Below, in pieces: positions 59,286-64,000 of a stretch of DNA of 64,000 nucleotides (positions are counted from its first letter, which is position 1; each line of letters starts with the position of its first letter). The translations under genes were made by a program, and so were the position numbers. The notes under the pieces are model-generated. The model was not told the DNA's origin, made no database searches, and was given only the letters and a program-made list of their open reading frames with translations. Source of the DNA: Podarcis liolepis (taxonomy: Eukaryota); the NCBI GenBank assembly GCA_965112155.1, contig OZ218104.1. One strand, given 5' to 3'.

Positions 59286-59540
59286 CAGGGGTCAGCAACC
59301 TTTTTCAGCCGTGGGCTGGTCCACCGTCCCTCAGACCATGTGGTGGGCCTGACTATATTTGGGGGGGGGGGGGAAGTGAGCGAGTTCCCATGCCCCACAA
59401 GTAACACAGAAGATGCATTTTAAATAAAAGGACACTTTCTACTCATGCAAAAACATGCTGATTCCCAGACCTTCCACGGGCCGGATTCAGAAGGCGATTG
59501 GGCTACATCCAGCCCACGGGCCTTAGGTTGCCTACCCCTG
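59286..59540. mobile_element. Non-autonomous hAT element
   Basis: CAGGGGTCAGCAACCT ... AGGTTGCCTACCCCTG TIRs flanked by a perfect 8-bp TSD ATTTAGAG (59278-59285, 59541-59548). Confidence 0.9.
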
Positions 59541-60131
59541 ATTTAGAGGAATGTAAACTGAGTGGTTAATGTGCATAACAAGCCACTGTGCATATTCAAG
59601 TATATATAATCATTCCATGAAGAAGGAATTATGCACATTTCCCAGTCAAGATACATAATCTGCAATAGGCCTTGGGAAATGTGCATATATTGACAGAATT
59701 TTATACGTTCTCTAGTCAGGATACCTAACCTTCAACAGGCCCCTGGGAGTGTGCATATCTCAATTGCATTTTGCACATTTTCCAGGCAGTATGCACTTTC
59801 TCCAGTCAGCATGCAGTCTCCAGAAACTTGATTCTCCCCCTCTTTCTTGTCCAGAAATGTGCAATTTGTGCACGTGTGTGCACCCCCAGCTGTTTCTAGC
59901 CAAACATGTTTTTCTCAAGTGATATGACACATACATTAATAATGAATATTACTACTACTACTACATCATTTTCCCTACTCTTCCTCTGAATGGGGCCTTG
60001 AATGGGGTGAAATTTCTGACAGAGTTGGGGAAATGTTCATGACTGGTGATGATAAGAGTTAGGTTATAAATGCCATTTTGGATGTTGTGGTCAGTAAATG
60101 CTTTCTCGTGTTCCTTTCTTGCTTTCACTAG

Positions 60132-60405
60132 GCCCCTTCTGGAGCTTCCACTTCAGAGCCCTCTCTGGCAGCTGCATTCCCCAGTCCTGTTGCAAATGCT
60201 GAGAAAGTCGAGCCATCCAACAACACTTCTACCCAGCCTTTCTCGTTGGAGGATGCCATTCCAACTTCTAGCAGTCTTCATGGGAAGGGTATGGGGGAAA
60301 CGCAGCTGGTTACTTCTGTTCCAACTGGCGCCCCCACCAATGATAGTAATCCTGTAGTCCCAACAAACGCTGCTGTGCAACCCAGCACTGCTGCCCCAAC
60401 ACCAG
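60132..60405 (+). CDS. KIAA0319L: KIAA0319L coding exon 3: S/T/P-rich mucin-like linker (APSGASTSEP...AAPTP)
   Basis: cactag|GCC ... CCAG|gtaaga, 274 nt, open frame; phase 0 to 1 bridges the neighbouring exons. Confidence 0.85.
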
Positions 60406-61321
60406 GTAAGAGCAACTGTCGGCTGAGGAGATGTTGTAAGCCTGCCTTTAAATGCTACTGGCATAGTTCCACAATCTCAGCTCTTAATCTGACTGTTCAT
60501 TTGCCAAATGTTTTGACAGAAGTTTTTTTCTAGTGCTTGTTTAAAGCATCACATCTTGCTATCTTAGTTCGGAAGAGGGTAAAAAACCTTTTGGTGATAT
60601 TGTACAAGATCTAGGAACGTATCATTCTGGTTTTGCACTTTACCACAGCTACTCTTTTGTGTTGTGCATCGCTTGATTAAGTGAAATAAATGTTTTACAG
60701 TGTTTGGCCTCGGATGAGAAATAATTACAAAAAACTATGTACAGCTGCCTTTTCTGGGACCCTCCTCTAACTTCAACCTTCAGTTTGAGATCTGCTTTTA
60801 ATTTTTACATTTTACATCTCTGTTTTCTACGTTCCCATTCCAACTTTGTCATTCTCCTTCTCTGGCAGCCTGGCTGGGACTTTCATACCAACAGCTGATG
60901 GCTAAGCCCCCAGAAGCATCAATTTCAGATTTCTCCCTTCTGCACACCTGTGCTGTCCCTGGTTCTCCTCTTTTGCACCCAGTTTCTGTCAATCAGCAGC
61001 AAACAAAATAAAGCTCATTTTTTAAAAGAAAAGAAAAGAAAAGAAAATGGTGGCTGCTGGTACCACTCAACTGTGCTCATCATTATAATAATTAGCGTTT
61101 ATATAACACATTTCAAGTATTCAAAGAACTTCACACTCTTTTATCTCATGAACCTTTGTAACAGTCCTGTAAAGGAGGCCAGTCCTCTTCTCCTCAGGTG
61201 GAGTGTGTGTGACTGTGTGGCTTGCTTAAAGTCACCTAGTGGGTTTGTGGTTGAGGTGAGGTTATTTTGCAACTCTCAGTCTTGGCCTCCATGCTATACC
61301 TCTTCTCCAAGTGTATTTTGA

Positions 61322-61600
61322 GGGAAGGGCTCATGCTTTGTATACAGAAGGCTCCAGGTTCCATCCCTTGTATCTCCAGGTAGGACTGGGGAAAAGCTCT
61401 TGTCTAAACGCTAGAGAGCCACTGCCATGCAGTGTAGACCAGTGGTGGGGAACTGGTGGCCCTCCAGATGTCATTGCACACCTGTTATTGGTCATGCTGG
61501 CAGGACTGATGGGAGCTGCAGTCCAACGTCTGAAGGGCCACAGAATCCCTAGCACTAGTTTGGGTAATACTGAGTTTGAGGGACTAGTGTTCTAACTCTA
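61322..61600 (+). mobile_element. tRNA-derived squamate SINE interrupted by a hAT-type MITE (~61440-61555)
   Basis: ATGCTTTGTATACAGAAGG.TCCAGGTTCCATCCC..ATCTCCAGGTAGG head and body; SINE-like sequence resumes at AATACTGAG after the MITE. A reversed head of the same family is at ~17550-17607. Confidence 0.6.
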
Positions 61601-63189
61601 TATATGGTCTATGGTCATATATGTTTTTCTCCCCTCTCTGTTTTTTAAATAGATACTTCTGAAGGTGTTCTACTGTTCTATATCCTCCCCGCCCCCCTTA
61701 TTCTGAAGCTAAAGTGCCATTTCATTTTTGTTGTATGTTTGTTGCAAGGGGGCAATGAAGGGCTGGTCTGTTTGAGAAGAACTGGAGTGCTTTTAAAATT
61801 GAAACAAAGCAGAAAGATCAATTTCAGTGATACCACCCCATATGCAAAGGTACAACAAGTACCAGAGAGTTAAATTTTATGGGATCTGCATACTTACTTG
61901 GACCTTAAAATGCTTCTCAGTTTCCAGCTCAGAATAGAGCAAATTCTTGCTATGTTTGCAAAAGGCTAAGCTTACAGTTGAATAAATAGAGGCTCTTGTC
62001 CCTCTCAGTTTGAGAAAGAGCAGCTAGATTGTCTCCTGAAACATATCTGATTCAGCTCTTCTCATCTCTACTGCACCTTGCTGACATCTCCCTTCAGTAC
62101 AGAGCACAAAGTGCATGTTGAATTTTCCAGAAAGATAGCAAAGAGTTTAATTTCTGTATGATTCTGTTGGTTTGTATTCACTTTCAGTTTAAAATCTCAA
62201 ATGACATCTAAGTTTAAAGAATGGGATGTTATAGTTTAATAATTTGTAGCTTGTTATTTCTAAAGCTTTGCAACTAAGGGCTTGTGGTGCACTTTAATTT
62301 TGAGACGTGGGATGATTTCTGCAAGCAATTTCTGTGCCCGGGGTTATTACGCACAGCTTGCTTCTCATCAAAAACATGCATTTTCGTATTCCAGGCTCCA
62401 GAATATTGAAAACTGCTGTAGTTAATTGAGAAGCATATGACTCATTCACACAATGGCCCCTTTTGGATGTAACAGGTTTAAAACTGTTGGTTAGCATGGC
62501 ATGCACGACAAGCAGTAGCAGCAACCCTTAAACTTAGTGTGGGTGAGGGAAGATTGGAAGCTTTCACTTCTGGTTTAAAACAAACCAGAGTTTCTCATTG
62601 TATCCAAATGGGTTGGGGTGGAGGACTCTAGTTTGTTCAAACATGTCAGGATCAAGCCATACTTTAAACAAACCAGTTTAGACATAATTTTCTGGGGGGA
62701 CACAGGGGGATGCATACCCCTAAACATTTTGTGAATCTAAGTTTGGCTTCATTGAGGGGCAGTATTTCAATATGAGTAGGAAAATGAGAGTGCCCCTAAC
62801 CTTTTTTTTTTTAAAGAAAAAAGCACTGGACATGATGAGAATCTCTGGTTAGTTCAGAATGGAAAGTGGATGCTTTTGATCTCCTCCTTACAGTCGTGCC
62901 TTGCTGCATCTCGGTGCTTTTTAAAATGAATACATACTTCTCAACGTGTTCTACTCTCTCATGCTTTCCCCTTCTTTTTGAAGTGACAATGTCATATCCT
63001 TTTTGTACAACAAAATGGCTGTTGCAAGGAGGAAATGAAGGGCTGGCCTGCATGCAAAGTTCAACCATGAGTTACCATCACATCCAAACTGAGCCAATAC
63101 TACTTCCACAAGCATCTGGGTATATGAATGGAAAATGTAACATGTGAAATGGTCTTGTCTTTTAATTTTTAATTCTCTCTCTCTTACAG

Positions 63190-63291
63190 TTATTAAGAAA
63201 CTGGCAGTTTCTGCTGGAGACAGTGTTGAAGTGACACTGCCAAAGAATGAAGTGGAGCTGAATGCATACGTCTTGCCTCCACCACCTAAAG
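63190..63291 (+). CDS. KIAA0319L: KIAA0319L coding exon 4: start of PKD domain 1 (VIKKLAVSAGDSVEVTLPKNEVELNAYVLPPPPK); gene continues beyond the window
   Basis: ttacag|TT ... AAAG|gtagat, 102 nt; L.VSAG.SV..TLPKNEV.LNAYVL is the AAVR PKD1 start. Confidence 0.95.
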
Positions 63292-63829
63292 GTAGATCCC
63301 AGGGGGCTATGGCACATAGTACATGGTAGCAAACCTGAATTTGCCACCTTGTTAGTTTTGCTGGGAGAGATGCGTGCTCCTTTAATGTCAGCTCAAGATA
63401 GGCGATGAAGCTGGAAACGCTCAGTCAAACCTGCTTGGTAATCAACAGGTAAAGCCTGTCCACATGAGCATGGCAGGAAGAAGTTCATCTGGGCTAACTC
63501 CAAGATACACTGGCCAGTTCTGAGCCAGTTGTGTGTACACAGCCTCCACACACTGAATTCCGCTTTGAACAGCTTTTGATATACCCTGAGAGTGGAAATA
63601 TTTACAAGAGTCCAGGGGAGACTCTTTCCTGAGCAGAGATGGTTGCTTAGATGGGCATAGAACTGACTCAACTGTATATATTTTGGGTGCCAACTGTTAC
63701 CATTTTGTGAGAGGGATTAAAGCACATGCCAAATTAAGTTTGCACAATTAAGGTGGAATAAGTGCTCTGTTGCTCTAACATAACAAATCCACTTTTAAAA
63801 AAAGTTTTGCAGTTAAGTAAGTGCAAAAT

Positions 63830-64000
63830 GGGATGCGGGTGGTGCTGTGGGTTAAACCACAGAGCCTAGGACTTGCCAATCAGAAGGTCGGCAGTTCGAA
63901 TCCCCGAGACAGGGTGAGCTCCCGTTGCTCGGTCCCTGCTCCTGCCAACCTAGCAGTTCGAAAGCACGTCAAAGTGCAAGTAGATAAATAGGTACCGCTC
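63830..64000 (+). mobile_element. Sauria SINE, 5' part (runs off the window)
   Basis: tRNA-like head with GTTCGAATCC B-box and the GCAGTTCGAAAGCAC...AAGTAGATAAATAGGTACCGC core recalled from Sauria SINEs. Confidence 0.85.

Overview
Vertebrate genomic DNA, almost certainly a squamate and probably a lacertid lizard (Sauria SINEs, BovB, Penelope, CR1/L2 and lizard-type MITEs). It covers the conserved TFAP2E - NCDN - KIAA0319L synteny block. (1) The 5' end of TFAP2E is on the minus strand: canonical first coding exon MLVHTYSAM at 82-108, within a ~9 kb CpG-rich domain; the rest of the gene lies left of the window. (2) The complete NCDN (neurochondrin) CDS is on the minus strand: 6 coding exons, 2151 nt, 716 aa, with a GC-AG last intron. 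(3) A bidirectional CpG-island promoter lies at ~34.9-36.4 kb. (4) The first four coding exons of KIAA0319L/AAVR are on the plus strand (MANEC domain, S/T/P-rich linker, start of PKD1); the gene continues right of the window. The most interesting observation is a second, upstream candidate TFAP2E first exon (8653-8700, MHWKSGNIKEERYYLQ, phase-0 donor). It resembles the AP-2alpha/beta/gamma '1a-type' MLWK..N(I/V)KxE exon and carries a SUMO consensus; I do not know this exon type for AP-2epsilon. Other items: a splice-created uORF in KIAA0319L, a possible in-frame N-terminal extension of NCDN, a MITE packed with promoter motifs, a Tc2-like MITE with a 158-bp hairpin array, a Penelope GIY-YIG remnant missed by the ORF track, and candidate enhancers. 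No prokaryote-type system, CRISPR array or viral insertion was seen. All homology calls are from recalled sequences, not database searches.
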